Part shown: positions 21,212-32,655 of the stretch, piece after piece
Layout: every line of letters starts with the position of its first letter
Position numbering within the stretch: position 1 is the stretch's first letter
Assembly (NCBI GenBank): GCA_002470825.1
Contig: DKOR01000017.1
Coordinates: forward strand, 5,015-69,014
Source of the DNA: Thiotrichaceae bacterium UBA7357
Lineage (GTDB): Bacteria > Pseudomonadota > Gammaproteobacteria > Eutrophobiales > Eutrophobiaceae
Direction: 5' to 3'
Length of the DNA: 64,000 bases
The notes under the pieces: generated by a model
The model's database searches: none
Seen by the model: only the letters and a program-made list of their open reading frames with translations
What the model was told of the DNA's origin: nothing
Program-made: the position numbers and the translations under genes

Positions 21212-22029
21212 ATTCCGATACCTAAATTTACAATACCAAAAGCGAATACTGGAGCTGCTGCAGTTAAACTGTCTATCCTATCCATGACTCCACCATGTCC
21301 AGGTAAAATAAAACCGCTATCTTTGATATTTGCTTCTCGTTTGACCATACTTTCCGTTAAGTCACCAATTATCGATATTGAAACTGTCAAAATAGATAAA
21401 CCGATTAATACTACACCTCTAGTTAATGTCTGATCTGAAACAATAACAAACGCTAATGCTATACCAATGCCCGCTATAATACCGCCAAGACTACCCTCCC
21501 ATGTTTTTCTAGGGCTGACTTGACTTGCAAGTTGCCGTTTACCCCACTTCTTACCTACAAAATAGGCTGCCGTATCAGCACCCCAAATAAGCAACATAAG
21601 AAACATGATTAATGAAGCACCATTTTCAGGAAAAGATTTTAGAACGTTCAAACTTACCCACATTGGAATAAGTAGAAAGAGACCCATGACGAGCAAGATT
21701 GAAGATGATTTAGGCAACAATTTATACTTACTTTGATATGAAAAAATCAAAAAAATTGCAACAAACCAATAAAACACACCACCAATAAGAACTTCATAAT
21801 ATACGTTCATATCACTATTCGAGTACAAACAAGCTAAGATCAATAAGAACAACGAACTATATACGTATTGGTATTTTTTACTGAGTCTACAAAGACCAGC
21901 CCATTCCCAAGCTCCTATTGATACAAGAATAGCGATAAAAATAGAAAACCATACCGTATCGAGTAAAAAAATAATCGCTATAACAATCGGTATCATCATT
22001 GCAGCCGTAATGATTCTTTGCTTAAGCAT
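21208..22029 (-). CDS. cdsA: Phosphatidate cytidylyltransferase
   Basis: SPRKTWEG and [19 protein letters not shown] motifs. Confidence 0.96.
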   Translation of the reverse strand: MLKQRIITAAMMIPIVIAIIFLLDTVWFSIFIAILVSIGAWEWAGLCRLSKKYQYVYSSLFLLILACLYSNSDMNVYYEVLIGGVFYWFVAIFLIFSYQSKYKLLPKSSSILLVMGLFLLIPMWVSLNVLKSFPENGASLIMFLMLLIWGADTAAYFVGKKWGKRQLASQVSPRKTWEGSLGGIIAGIGIALAFVIVSDQTLTRGVVLIGLSILTVSISIIGDLTESMVKREANIKDSGFILPGHGGVMDRIDSLTAAAPVFAFGIVNLGIGI

Positions 22030-22038
22030 TATTATTTA

Positions 22039-22782
22039 TTAATTTTGAGTCTTTTCAATTTGTTCAGATGTCTTACCGAAACGTCTTTGTCGCTTAGAGT
22101 ACCAATCTATTGCGATATCAAATTGCTTCGCATCAAAATCTGGCCATAGTGTTTCTGTAAAATAAAGTTCAGTGTATGCTGTTTCCCACAATAAATAATT
22201 ACTAATCCGTTGTTCTCCGCCCGTACGAATGAAAAGATCAGGATCTTTATGATCTGCTAATGATAATTTATTACTAATAGTTGTTTCATCAACATCCTCA
22301 ATAGACATTAATTTAGACTCAATATCTTTAGCAATTGAATGATAAGCCTGAACAATATCCCAACGACCACTATAATTAGCCGCGATATTCAGACACAAAC
22401 CATTATTCGACGATGTTAGTAATTCAGAGTCATTAATAGAATCTTGCAATTGACCGCTAAATGTTGAACGGTCTCCTATAAAATTCAATTTAACATTATT
22501 CTCATGTATATCATTTACTTCTGAGTGTAATGCCGATATGAATAGATTCATTAGTAAATCAACTTCACTTTGGGGTCTTTGCCAATTTTCACGACTGAAG
22601 GCATAAACAGTAATTATATTTAATTTTATTTTGACCAAATGTTCGATAAGCTTTCTAAGTGCCTTTACGCCTGCGCGATGTCCTGCAACACGTGGTAGTT
22701 TTCTTGATTTTGCCCATCTACCATTACCATCCATGATGATTGCAACATGTTTAAGTTCAGTGATTTTAGAAGTAGCTTTCAT
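22039..22782 (-). CDS. uppS: Undecaprenyl diphosphate synthase
   Basis: HVAIIMDGNGRWA, FSRENW and IRTGGEQRISNYLLW motifs. Confidence 0.96.
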   Translation of the reverse strand: MKATSKITELKHVAIIMDGNGRWAKSRKLPRVAGHRAGVKALRKLIEHLVKIKLNIITVYAFSRENWQRPQSEVDLLMNLFISALHSEVNDIHENNVKLNFIGDRSTFSGQLQDSINDSELLTSSNNGLCLNIAANYSGRWDIVQAYHSIAKDIESKLMSIEDVDETTISNKLSLADHKDPDLFIRTGGEQRISNYLLWETAYTELYFTETLWPDFDAKQFDIAIDWYSKRQRRFGKTSEQIEKTQN

Positions 22783-22862
22783 ATAAAAAATGAGCTATCT
22801 AACTATTGAAAGATGATTGTTGTGAGTTATATAGGTTAAATATCACTTAAATTATTGAAAAA

Positions 22863-23420
22863 TTAAATTTCAAGCATTTCTGCTTCTTTTTGTTCCAAAT
22901 TCTTATCAATCAATGCAATATATTCATTCGTTAATTTTTGAATACGCCCCTCTGCTTTTCGATCGTCATCTTCCGTGATCATTTTTTCTTTGACCATATC
23001 TTTGCACGAAGAATTAGCATCACGTCTAATATTACGAATTGCAACACGAGATTGCTCTGCCTCACTACGAACAACCTTAATTAAATCTTTGCGTCGGTCT
23101 TCGGTTAGTGGTGGTAAAGGAACACGAATCACTTCTCCGGCCGTCACTGGATTTAATCCCAAGTTGGCATTCATAATCGCTTTCTCGATGTCAGGGATAG
23201 TTGACTTTTCATAAGCGTTTATCCCTAGCGTCCTAGCATCAACAACGTTAATACTTGCCACTTGATTTAGTGTTGTATCTGAACCGTAATAATTAACTTT
23301 TACTTGTTCCAACAAGCTTGGATGTGCACGCCCAGTCCTTATTTTTGACATTTCCACTTTCAGTGATTCAACACTTTTAAGCATTCTGGTTTTTGCATCA
23401 ACAATAATCTTTTCAACCAT
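22863..23420 (-). CDS. frr: Ribosome recycling factor
   Basis: [19 protein letters not shown] and IRNIRRDAN motifs; ATG at 23420 lies 8 nt after AGGAG. Confidence 0.96.
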   Translation of the reverse strand: MVEKIIVDAKTRMLKSVESLKVEMSKIRTGRAHPSLLEQVKVNYYGSDTTLNQVASINVVDARTLGINAYEKSTIPDIEKAIMNANLGLNPVTAGEVIRVPLPPLTEDRRKDLIKVVRSEAEQSRVAIRNIRRDANSSCKDMVKEKMITEDDDRKAEGRIQKLTNEYIALIDKNLEQKEAEMLEI

Positions 23421-23437
23421 ACTACACACTCCTAAAA

Positions 23438-24169
23438 CTAGTTATTACTAACCAAAGTACCCTCGTTTTCACCTCTAGCCGCATTCAATAATGAACCAGG
23501 CTTAGTCATGTCCAAGACTCTTAATGGCATCTGATTGTCCCTGCAAAGAACAACGGCAGTAGTATCCATAACACCAAGTTTTTGTTCAATTACTTCATCA
23601 TAATTCAAAGATTCATAACGAACAGCATCCTTATTTTTTATTGGGTCAGAAGAATAGACTCCATCCACTTTAGTCGCTTTAATTAGTAATTCAGCACCAA
23701 TTTCAATCGCACGTAAGCTTGCAGCAGAGTCTGTTGTAAAAAAAGGGTTTCCGGTTCCAGCAGCGAGAATAACAACACGTCCTTTTTCAAGATGTCTTAC
23801 AGCACGACGACGAATATAGTCTTCACAGACCTGATTGATTTTAAGAGCCGACATGACCCTAGCATGATGTTGAACACGTTCTAGTGCGTCTTGCATGGCA
23901 AGAGAATTCATGATCGTCGCCAACATGCCCATATGATCAGCTGTAACACGATCTATACCTGCAGCAGCCAATCCGGTTCCTCTAAATATATTTCCACCAC
24001 CAATAACAACAGCAATCTCAGCACCTTCCTGACACAGAACAGCTATTTCCCTAGCGATTCGTTCGATAATATTAGGATCAATGCCATAGGACTCATCACC
24101 CATCAAGGCCTCTCCACTAAGTTTTAGCAATACCCGTTTATATTTTAATCTATTTGACGGGAAGGACAA
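23438..24169 (-). CDS. pyrH: UMP kinase
   Basis: [17 protein letters not shown] and [11 protein letters not shown] motifs; TTG start. Confidence 0.97.
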   Translation of the reverse strand: MSFPSNRLKYKRVLLKLSGEALMGDESYGIDPNIIERIAREIAVLCQEGAEIAVVIGGGNIFRGTGLAAAGIDRVTADHMGMLATIMNSLAMQDALERVQHHARVMSALKINQVCEDYIRRRAVRHLEKGRVVILAAGTGNPFFTTDSAASLRAIEIGAELLIKATKVDGVYSSDPIKNKDAVRYESLNYDEVIEQKLGVMDTTAVVLCRDNQMPLRVLDMTKPGSLLNAARGENEGTLVSNN

Positions 24170-24173
24170 TTAT

Positions 24174-25043
24174 TTAAGCTCCTTTCGCCTGAGTCATTAC
24201 TTCTTCAGCAAAATTGTTAACTTTTTTCTCGATCCCTTCGCCAACTTCATAACGAAGAAATGATAGTACTGAAGCGTTCATAGACTTTAGATGATTGTCT
24301 ACAGTTTGATCCGGATTTTTAACATAAGGTTGACCAAGCAAGGTAATTTCTTTTAGAAATTTATTGATTCGACCAGTAACCATTTTTTCTATGATTTCGC
24401 TAGATTTACCACTTTCTTCAGCTTGTGCTAAAAATATTTCTTTTTCTTTTTCCAAAATATCTTGAGACACTTCATCTTCACATACACAAACTGGCTTACT
24501 AGCTGCAATATGCATTGCCAGATCTTTTGCCAAAACTTCATCACCACCTACAACTTCAACAATCACACCAATACGATTGCCATGTAAATAATGTCCAATA
24601 TGGCCTTTTGTTGTTATCTTCTCAAAACGTCTAATGGTAATCTTTTCACCTATTTTGGCGATTAATTCCTGATTTGCTTCCTCAATTGTCTTATCACCGA
24701 TACTCAATCTTACTAATGCTTCAACATCAGAAGGAGATTGACTATCAATAGCTTCAATAACTCTCTCTGAGAAATGAATAAAATTTTCGTCTTTTGCTAC
24801 GAAATCAGTTTCGCAATTAATTTCCAAAATGATGGCATTTTTATCACTCTTTTTTATTGAAATGATACCTTCAGCAGCTATTCGACCTGCCTTCTTTGCC
24901 GCATTTGCTGCGCCGGATTTACGCATTTCTTCAATTGCAACCTCGATATCACCATTGGCTTCATTCAAAGCTTTTTTACAATCCATCATCCCCGCACCAG
25001 TTCGTTCACGGAGCTCTTTAACCAATGAAGCAGTAATTTGCAT
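24174..25043 (-). CDS. tsf: Elongation factor Ts
   Basis: VKELRERTGAGMMDCKKAL and NCETDFVAK motifs. Confidence 0.98.
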   Translation of the reverse strand: MQITASLVKELRERTGAGMMDCKKALNEANGDIEVAIEEMRKSGAANAAKKAGRIAAEGIISIKKSDKNAIILEINCETDFVAKDENFIHFSERVIEAIDSQSPSDVEALVRLSIGDKTIEEANQELIAKIGEKITIRRFEKITTKGHIGHYLHGNRIGVIVEVVGGDEVLAKDLAMHIAASKPVCVCEDEVSQDILEKEKEIFLAQAEESGKSSEIIEKMVTGRINKFLKEITLLGQPYVKNPDQTVDNHLKSMNASVLSFLRYEVGEGIEKKVNNFAEEVMTQAKGA

Positions 25044-25091
25044 CAGATATTCCTCTAAATTTCTTAAAATGATGATTAATGAATTTAATCT

Positions 25092-26102
25092 TTACTCTTC
25101 AGTTTTTGTCTTTGCAATAGTTTTTTTGCTGATTTTCTTAGTCGTTTTTTTTGCAGTCGTTTTCTTTACAGTCTTTTTCTTGACAGCAGATCTCTTTTTA
25201 GTCACCTTCTTTATAACCTTCTGCTCATCGTCTGGTACAGCCTCTTGAGGTGCAACATCGCTAATTTTAACCCTTTCAGTCTTATTTTGTGTCTTTTTCT
25301 TAACTACCTTTTTGATGTCTTTGGATTTAACGCTGGCATCATCAACAGAATCTATAGGAGCGCCAGATTCATCAATTTCTATTAATTCATCTTTGTTTTC
25401 AGGACTTCCCAAGTGCGCTATAGATTGACGACTATCGAGAATGGCATCTGCCATGCCCTTAGCATAAAGTGATATAGAGCGTATTGCGTCATCATTCCCT
25501 GGGATAACATAATCAACACCTTTCAAACTATTATTACTATCAACGACACCCACTACAGGGATACCTAGCTTTACAGCTTCACTAACGGCAATGTTTTCAT
25601 AACCCACATCAATAATAAATATTGCATCTGGAATACCCTTCATATCTTTTATACCAGATAAATTAGCTTCCAACTTTTCTAATTCGCGCTTTAACATGAG
25701 CTGTTCTTTTTTATTTATGCGTTCAAGACGGCCATCCGTTTGCATCGCTTCAATTTCTTTCAATCTGTTAATAGAGCCACGCACAGTCTTAAAATTAGTC
25801 AATAAACCGCCTAACCATCGACGATTCACGAACGGCATACCGCAACGTTTAGCTTCTTCGGCGATAATTGACTGCGCAGAGCGTTTAGTGCCCACAAATA
25901 GGATTGTACCCTTCTTTGAAGCCATTTTACTGACATAGTTGTAGGCTTCTTGGTATAAAGGGAGTGTTTTTTCCAGATTAATAATATGGATTTTATTGCG
26001 CTGACCGAATAAATATGGCGCCATACTTGGATTCCAGTATCGAGTTTGGTGGCCAAAATGAACACCAGCCTCTAGCATTTGACGCATAGTGACGTTAGAC
26101 AT
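25092..26102 (-). CDS. rpsB: 30S ribosomal protein S2 with a long Lys-rich C-terminal tail
   Basis: [17 protein letters not shown] and [10 protein letters not shown] motifs; roughly 100 extra residues rich in K/T/A. Confidence 0.97.
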   Translation of the reverse strand: MSNVTMRQMLEAGVHFGHQTRYWNPSMAPYLFGQRNKIHIINLEKTLPLYQEAYNYVSKMASKKGTILFVGTKRSAQSIIAEEAKRCGMPFVNRRWLGGLLTNFKTVRGSINRLKEIEAMQTDGRLERINKKEQLMLKRELEKLEANLSGIKDMKGIPDAIFIIDVGYENIAVSEAVKLGIPVVGVVDSNNSLKGVDYVIPGNDDAIRSISLYAKGMADAILDSRQSIAHLGSPENKDELIEIDESGAPIDSVDDASVKSKDIKKVVKKKTQNKTERVKISDVAPQEAVPDDEQKVIKKVTKKRSAVKKKTVKKTTAKKTTKKISKKTIAKTKTEE

Positions 26103-26235
26103 GATAGGTTCTCCTGTTTAGGGTTAAGGCCTCCGCATTCCCCATATACCAACCTACCAAAGTCTATTGTTAGCAGGCACCCTATATATGGTTGAAGCAT
26201 GCGTGTGACGGTTAATTAATGTATTTGCGAAAATC
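26103..26235 (-). ncRNA. rpsB 5' leader (t44 / S2 autoregulatory RNA)
   Basis: Minus strand reads CACACGC...GGGTGCC...GGTTGG...ATGGGGAATGCGGAGGCCTTAACCC, matching the conserved elements of the gammaproteobacterial rpsB leader. Boundaries are approximate. Confidence 0.8.
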
Positions 26236-26252
26236 GCGGACGCTTTATACCA
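26234..26252 (-). promoter_or_regulatory. rpsB extended -10 promoter with GC-rich discriminator
   Basis: Minus strand TGGTATAAAGCGTCCGCG (TGn-TATAAA followed by a GC-rich discriminator), as in the conserved rpsB promoter. Confidence 0.7.
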
Positions 26253-26304
26253 TACAACAGTAACAACAACAATTATTAACGCTAATATATGGACTAGTGA
26301 ATTT

Positions 26305-27072
26305 ATGACTGCAACTATTAAAACTATCTCTGAGATTGAAAAAATGCGCGTGGCTGGCCGACTCGCTGCTGAAGTATTGGAGATGATCGGGCCCAGAGTA
26401 AAAAGCGGTGTAACAACTGAGCAGCTTGATCAAATTTGTCATGATTATATCATTAATGAGCAACAAGCTATCCCAGCCCCACTGAATTACCATGGATTTC
26501 CTAAATCAATATGTACCTCTGTTAATCATGTCGTATGTCATGGAATACCGGGTGGTAAGAAACTCAAGAATGGCGATATTATTAATATCGATATTACTGT
26601 CATAAAAAATGGTTATCATGGAGACACTAGCAAAATGTTTTATGTTGGTGAACCATCCATTCGTGCACAACGACTTGTTGAAGTTACTTACGAATGTATG
26701 AAAAAAGGTATTCAGCTAGTTCGGGCTGGAGTTTGCTTAGGAAATATAGGGCATGCTATACAAACATTGGCCGAGAGTTATAACTTTTCAGTAGTTCGAG
26801 AATATTGTGGCCACGGTATTGGCAAGGGATTCCATGAGGAACCACAAATTGTACATTATGGCAAACCAAACACTGGTTTTAAATTGGAGGCAGGTATGAC
26901 TATCACCATCGAACCGATGATTAATTTAGGTAAGCGTGAAGTTAAGTTACTGTCTGATGGTTGGACGGTAGTAACACGCGACAAAGAGATTTCTGCACAA
27001 TGGGAACATACTGTGCTCGTTACTGATGATGGTTATGAAGTGTTAACTGCTCGCCCAGATGAAAAATATTAA
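26305..27072 (+). CDS. map: Methionine aminopeptidase type I
   Basis: CHGIP, DITV...HGDTS, GHGIG..FHEEP and AQWEHT motifs. Confidence 0.97.
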   Translation: MTATIKTISEIEKMRVAGRLAAEVLEMIGPRVKSGVTTEQLDQICHDYIINEQQAIPAPLNYHGFPKSICTSVNHVVCHGIPGGKKLKNGDIINIDITVIKNGYHGDTSKMFYVGEPSIRAQRLVEVTYECMKKGIQLVRAGVCLGNIGHAIQTLAESYNFSVVREYCGHGIGKGFHEEPQIVHYGKPNTGFKLEAGMTITIEPMINLGKREVKLLSDGWTVVTRDKEISAQWEHTVLVTDDGYEVLTARPDEKY

Positions 27073-27078
27073 TTCATT

Positions 27079-29724
27079 ATGGGTAATATTATCGCAGATA
27101 AATACTTGTTTGATGAAGTCCTTTTTCGGCAAAAATTAAAAGAACAAAATGAACCATTAGCAATCTTCAAATCAACTTTAAAATACGGCTACCATTATCT
27201 CACTGAAGAATTTGAGTCAGGCAAAGATATTGAACTAATTGTCAAAAAACAAGGTTGGTTTATAGACCAATTGCTCATAATCTCTTGGCAACAATTTAAC
27301 ACATCTAAAGGTTTCACCCTGGTTGCAGTCGGTGGTTATGGCCGCTCCGAGCTATTGCTCGCATCAGATATTGACATTATGGTTCTTGAAATGCGAGGGG
27401 AAAATAAGAAGTGTAAAGAAAAAATTTCATCATTCCTTACTTTTTTATGGGATTTTGGACTTGAAGTTGGTCACAGTGTCAGGACGGTGAGTGAATGCCA
27501 ATATGAAGCAAAAAATGACATCATTACCATGACTAATATTATGGAGTCCAGGTTCCTTTGTGGTAATGAAGTGCTTTATAAAAAAATGCGTAACGCAACA
27601 AGTCCTAAAAAAATTTGGCCAGCGCGACAATATTTTGAAGCTAAATTAATAGAACAAAAAATACGCCATGAAAAATATAATGACTCAGAATGTAAGCTTG
27701 AACCTAATGTAAAAGAATCACCTGGTGGACTAAGAGACATACAAATGATCAGTTGGGTTGCCAAACGTCATTTCGATAATATCGATTTGAGCAGTCTAAT
27801 AAATCATAAGTTTCTAACCAAAAAAGAGTATGTTTTACTCGAAACTGGACGGAATATGCTCTGGCGCGTTCGCTTTGCCTTACATATGACAACAAATCGA
27901 CGGGAAGATCGTTTACTTTTTGAATTTCAACGGCCTGTAGCAAAGCTACTTGGCTTTGGCAGCAAAGACAATGCTTGTATAGAAGAATTCATGAAAGTAT
28001 ATTTTAAATCAATACGTGAAATAAATCGGTTGAATGAAATGTTGTTACAACATTTCCAAGAAGAAATAATCTACAAAAATAACAAAGAAAAAATAACTCC
28101 TCTTAATATTCGCTTCCAAAAAAGAAATAGCTACATAGAAGTCGTAAATAAAAATATTTTTAAACGCTACCCATTTGCTCTGTTTGAAATTTTTTTACTC
28201 TGCCAGCAAGATCTGAAAATAAAAGGTGTGCGCGCCACAACAATACGTCTTATTAGAAGTCATTTACATTTAATAAATGCTAGTTTTAGAAATGATATAC
28301 GCAATCAAAATTTGTTTTTAGAAATTATTAAACAACCAAATATGGTTGGGCATACACTTAGAATGATGCATCGTTATGGTGTTTTAAGTTCCTATATCCC
28401 CGCATTTGCAGCAATCGAAGGACAAATGCAATTCGATTTATTTCATATATTTACAGTCGATGAGCATATCTTAACTGTAATACAAAACCTACGGCTCTTT
28501 GGTACTGATGAATACAAAGAAAATTTTCCTATTTGTAATATGATTATCAAAAAAATACCAAAACTAGAGCTACTATATCTTGCAGGTCTATTTCATGACA
28601 TTGCAAAAGGGCGTGGTGGAGATCACTCAGAATTAGGAATGAGAGAGGCTTATACCTTTTGTAAAATACATCAATTGAGCGATTACGATTCAAAATTAGT
28701 AGCATGGCTTGTAGAAAAACATTTGTTAATTAGTAAAACTTCACAACGAGAAGACATAGATGATCCAGAAGTCATAAAAAAATTTGCCCGTGAAGTATGT
28801 GATCAAACTCATTTGAACTATCTTTATATCCTCACTATCGCAGATATACGCGGTACAAACCCAGAACTTTGGAACAGTTGGAAATCAACACAACTGTCTA
28901 ATCTTTACCAGCATACGTTGCATGAATTAAGACGTGGCAATCAGAAACCAATATTAAAAAGAGAACGAATTAAAGATACAAAAAATGAATCAATAGCACT
29001 AATAACAAAAAAAGGCGTGTCTGAAAAAAATATTCTTAGCCTCTGGAAAAGCGTTGATGATGATTACTTCATTAGACATAACCCCGATGAAATTGCATGG
29101 CATACGGAAGGTATTCTCAAATATAAAAATAAATCAGGCCCATTAGTTACAGTAATGAATAATTCTAGTCGTGGCGGTAGTCTTATCTTTGTTTATATGA
29201 GTGATAGAAAAAATATTTTTGCAATAACAACTAGGGCAATTGAAAAACTGAAACTTACAATTCTAGATGCGAAAATTATTACAAATCGAAAAAATTTTGT
29301 ATTAGACACATTCGTTGTTTTAGAAAACAATGGCATGATGATCAAAAATAATGAACGAAGTATTGAAGTAAAAAACAGAATATTAAAAGAGTTAAAATTC
29401 ACCTCAGCTGAATTTGATCAAGATAACTGGCTAGTAAGAAGACAACTAAAAAGCTTTAACTTGCCGACACATATTACTTTCGAGTCGGATTTAAAAAATA
29501 ATCGAACTATCATGGAAGTCAGTGCAGTTGATAGACCAGGATTACTTTCACGTATAGGAATGGCTATGGATGCGTGCGGAACTAAGTTACAAAATGCAAA
29601 AATAGCAACTTATGGTGAACGTGCTGAAGATATATTCTATTTACAAAATGAGGAAAGTAAAATGATCGATGATCCGTTAAAACTTGAGTGTCTAAAGAAT
29701 TCAATAGTTGATGCGCTTTCATGA
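27079..29724 (+). CDS. glnD: PII uridylyltransferase/uridylyl-removing enzyme
   Basis: AVGGYGR..SDIDI nucleotidyltransferase motif, FHDIAKGRGGDHS HD motif and C-terminal ACT domains (DRPGLL). Confidence 0.96.
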   Translation: MGNIIADKYLFDEVLFRQKLKEQNEPLAIFKSTLKYGYHYLTEEFESGKDIELIVKKQGWFIDQLLIISWQQFNTSKGFTLVAVGGYGRSELLLASDIDIMVLEMRGENKKCKEKISSFLTFLWDFGLEVGHSVRTVSECQYEAKNDIITMTNIMESRFLCGNEVLYKKMRNATSPKKIWPARQYFEAKLIEQKIRHEKYNDSECKLEPNVKESPGGLRDIQMISWVAKRHFDNIDLSSLINHKFLTKKEYVLLETGRNMLWRVRFALHMTTNRREDRLLFEFQRPVAKLLGFGSKDNACIEEFMKVYFKSIREINRLNEMLLQHFQEEIIYKNNKEKITPLNIRFQKRNSYIEVVNKNIFKRYPFALFEIFLLCQQDLKIKGVRATTIRLIRSHLHLINASFRNDIRNQNLFLEIIKQPNMVGHTLRMMHRYGVLSSYIPAFAAIEGQMQFDLFHIFTVDEHILTVIQNLRLFGTDEYKENFPICNMIIKKIPKLELLYLAGLFHDIAKGRGGDHSELGMREAYTFCKIHQLSDYDSKLVAWLVEKHLLISKTSQREDIDDPEVIKKFAREVCDQTHLNYLYILTIADIRGTNPELWNSWKSTQLSNLYQHTLHELRRGNQKPILKRERIKDTKNESIALITKKGVSEKNILSLWKSVDDDYFIRHNPDEIAWHTEGILKYKNKSGPLVTVMNNSSRGGSLIFVYMSDRKNIFAITTRAIEKLKLTILDAKIITNRKNFVLDTFVVLENNGMMIKNNERSIEVKNRILKELKFTSAEFDQDNWLVRRQLKSFNLPTHITFESDLKNNRTIMEVSAVDRPGLLSRIGMAMDACGTKLQNAKIATYGERAEDIFYLQNEESKMIDDPLKLECLKNSIVDALS

Positions 29725-29746
29725 CATGACATTACTTTAATTTTCA

Positions 29747-30418
29747 ATGATGAATGTTTCACCACCTCTCACTAGAAAAGAATTAATTGAACGTGCAAAT
29801 GCTATCGCAGGGATTACAATCCTACAACTTGCAAATATGATGGGTAAGAATATTCCTGAATCATCAATTCATACAAAAGGTTGGTTCGGTAATTTGTTAG
29901 AACTTTCACTTGGTGCAAATGCTGCTAATGCTCCAGAACCTGATTTTACAAGTTTAGGAATTGAATTGAAATCAATTCCTATCGATACTAACGGGAAACC
30001 AAAAGAATCAACATACATATGTGTTACACAACTTAACCCAATTGCCTTGTCTTCTTGGGAATCATCACTGGTGAAATGTAAATTGACAGAAGTACTCTGG
30101 ATACCCTTTGAAGCAAATAAAAACACTCCCATACCTTTACGAAGAATAGGTTCACCTGTCTTATGGAAGCCGAGTACAACACAAAAAAATCAGTTGAAAG
30201 ATGATTGGCAAGAACTCTGTGACATGATCGTATTAGGTAATATAGATCAAATTAGCTCATCTATGGGGAAATATTTACAAATCAGACCCAAGGCTGCTCA
30301 TTCCAAAAGTTTAACTAGAGATAATAACCAATCGGGCAAGAATAAATTGACGCTGCCCCGTGGATTTTATTTACGTCCTTCATTTACTGATTCAATTATA
30401 TCTCATACTAATCATTAG
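29747..30418 (+). CDS. mutH: DNA mismatch repair endonuclease MutH
   Basis: KGWFGNLLE..LGA, PEPDF..LGIELKSIP, LQIRPKAA and RGFYLR motifs. Confidence 0.92.
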   Translation: MMNVSPPLTRKELIERANAIAGITILQLANMMGKNIPESSIHTKGWFGNLLELSLGANAANAPEPDFTSLGIELKSIPIDTNGKPKESTYICVTQLNPIALSSWESSLVKCKLTEVLWIPFEANKNTPIPLRRIGSPVLWKPSTTQKNQLKDDWQELCDMIVLGNIDQISSSMGKYLQIRPKAAHSKSLTRDNNQSGKNKLTLPRGFYLRPSFTDSIISHTNH

Positions 30419-30428
30419 TTACTTTGTT

Positions 30429-31415
30429 ATGCATACAAATGAAATTGACAGAAAATTAAGCATCGCTCCTATGATGAAACACACCGATAAGCACTTTCGA
30501 TATTTTATGCGACTGTTATCTGCACATGCTGTGCTGTATACGGAAATGATAACAACTGGTGCATTGATTCATGGCGAACGAAAACGGTTTCTAAATTTTA
30601 ATGAGATTGAACACCCTCTCGCTATTCAGTTGGGTGGAAACAATCCTAATGACCTCGCTTTATGCGCTAAAATTGCAGAAGATGAAGGTTATGACGAAAT
30701 AAATCTAAATATCGGATGCCCTAGTGACCGTGTTCAAAATGGACGGTTTGGTGCCTGTTTGATGTCTGATACAGAACTCGTAAGTGATTGTGTTAATAGA
30801 ATTCAAACTACCGTGAAAATTCCCATTACAATAAAAACTCGGATTGGTATAGATGACCAAGATTCATATTCATTCTTAGAAAACTTTGTTAAGTCCGTGA
30901 GTGAAGCTGGCTGTAATACATTCATCATTCATGCAAGAAAAGCCATATTAAGTGGGTTAAGTCCAAAAAAAAACAGAGAAATTCCTCCGCTCAACTATGA
31001 GCGTGTCTATAATATAAAGCGGCGATTTCCATCGTTAAATATATCGATCAATGGTGGTTTTATAGATATAGCGCAAATCAAATCACAATTAGAGTATGTG
31101 GATGGGGTTATGGTCGGAAGAGCCGCATATCAAAATCCGTTTATGTTAATTGAAGCAGACAAAGTCATTTATGGTGATGATTCATCATCATTAACTCGAG
31201 AAGAAATACTGAGTAAATTTAAAGATTATGCTGTTGAACAAACAAATCATGGATTTAATATTAAAAGCTTAACTCGACATGTAATAGGTCTTTATCAAGG
31301 ACAACCTGGTGCACGCAACTATCGTCGAATGCTTTCAGATCCCATTTCTGAAGGTACTAATACGACCCGGTTTCTCGACAGAATTATTCAATCTGTTTCT
31401 GAAACATATACTTAA
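30429..31415 (+). CDS. dusA: tRNA dihydrouridine(20/20a) synthase
   Basis: SIAPMM, NIGCPSDRVQNGRFGACLM and HARKAILSGLSPKKNREIPPL motifs; start moved to the ATG at 30429. Confidence 0.95.
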   Translation: MHTNEIDRKLSIAPMMKHTDKHFRYFMRLLSAHAVLYTEMITTGALIHGERKRFLNFNEIEHPLAIQLGGNNPNDLALCAKIAEDEGYDEINLNIGCPSDRVQNGRFGACLMSDTELVSDCVNRIQTTVKIPITIKTRIGIDDQDSYSFLENFVKSVSEAGCNTFIIHARKAILSGLSPKKNREIPPLNYERVYNIKRRFPSLNISINGGFIDIAQIKSQLEYVDGVMVGRAAYQNPFMLIEADKVIYGDDSSSLTREEILSKFKDYAVEQTNHGFNIKSLTRHVIGLYQGQPGARNYRRMLSDPISEGTNTTRFLDRIIQSVSETYT

Positions 31416-31518
31416 GATAGTAATTTAGAACTAATCATTAGTTGGATGAGTCATATTTTTGTGGGAACATACTGATGTTTCAATCAACATAAAACATTAA
31501 ATATATATTGAGGTCTTT

Positions 31519-32190
31519 ATGAAAATTTTTAAATCTGCTCTTATTCTAGTATTAAGTTTTACTTTTCTAAATGTTCATGCCGCAACAGTAAAAACAGACA
31601 TAGAGAAGATTAGCTATACATTAGGTGTCGTCTTTGCAGAAAACGTCAATCGTCAAGCAATAACATTGGACATACCTGCTTTTTTACAAGCAATCGAAGA
31701 TGTTCTCTTGGGTTCTGAACTAAAATTAAGCAAAGATAATATGAAAGTCGTCATGCAGGAATTTACGAAGGCAGAACAAGAAAAACAGAATAATCAAGCT
31801 TCTATTAATAAGGTTAATGGTGAGAAATATTTGAATGCAAATAAAACAAAAGAAGGTGTTACAGAAACAGCCAGTGGACTACAATATAAAGTCATAAATT
31901 TAGGCACTGGAAAAAAACCTACTAATACTAGTAAAGTGCTTGTTCATTATCGTGGAACACTTATTGATGGAACTGAATTTGATAGCTCCTATGCACGCGG
32001 TGAACCAGTTGAACTTGCTGTTAATCAAGTAATCAAAGGTTGGCAAGAGACATTACCGCTGATGGCGACGGGTTCGAAATGGCAAATAGTCGTGCCATCA
32101 GAACTAGCATATGGTCAACGTGGTGCTAGTGGAGCTATTGGCCCCAATGCTACTTTATTGTTTGATATTGAGTTAATTGAAATTAAGTAA
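31519..32190 (+). CDS. FKBP-type peptidyl-prolyl isomerase (Mip/FkpA/FklB type)
   Basis: Signal peptide; SGLQYK, VHYRGTLIDGTEFDSSY and VIKGW motifs. Confidence 0.93.
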   Translation: MKIFKSALILVLSFTFLNVHAATVKTDIEKISYTLGVVFAENVNRQAITLDIPAFLQAIEDVLLGSELKLSKDNMKVVMQEFTKAEQEKQNNQASINKVNGEKYLNANKTKEGVTETASGLQYKVINLGTGKKPTNTSKVLVHYRGTLIDGTEFDSSYARGEPVELAVNQVIKGWQETLPLMATGSKWQIVVPSELAYGQRGASGAIGPNATLLFDIELIEIK

Positions 32191-32265
32191 TAAGACCAGT
32201 TATGTTCTCTCAAGGCTAAAACGGTATCATCGTTGCTAAATTTATTGATTTACGCGCTTCTATTA

Positions 32266-32301
32266 TTACCAATGCAGAATCTTTAGGCTCTGCATTGGTA
32301 A
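32266..32301. terminator. Perfect 13-bp inverted repeat downstream of the FKBP gene (terminator-like hairpin)
   Basis: TTACCAATGCAGA-N10-TCTGCATTGGTAA; the U-tract is weak. Confidence 0.5.
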
Positions 32302-32655
32302 ATTATGATCTCACAAAATACATTTATCGAAAATCTCTCTTTAAGGATGTTTTTAATACACAAATATTATCGTTTACTTGAAACCCAGAATTATTGAATC
32401 ATTCTTAGTTTTTGAAATGAATTTTTAATTATCACTCTATGAATCGGTCGTAACTATTTTTGCATTAGTGAAAACATATACCAAATAAAAAAAATATTGA
32501 TAAAGTAATAAAAAAATGAACTTGAACACTATCGATGAACATGAATTTAATAATAACAACTTTATAAAATGATGTTCGTACTATGTATATGAACAATTTT
32601 ATATGTTATTTTGACCTTATTGGAATAATATAGCGTCTTCACAAATCCTAAAACC

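Noticed and set aside
30360-30428. Hydrophobic N-terminal extension on DusA
   Set aside because: It overlaps mutH and is an artefact of choosing the longest ORF; the ATG at 30429 fits the family.
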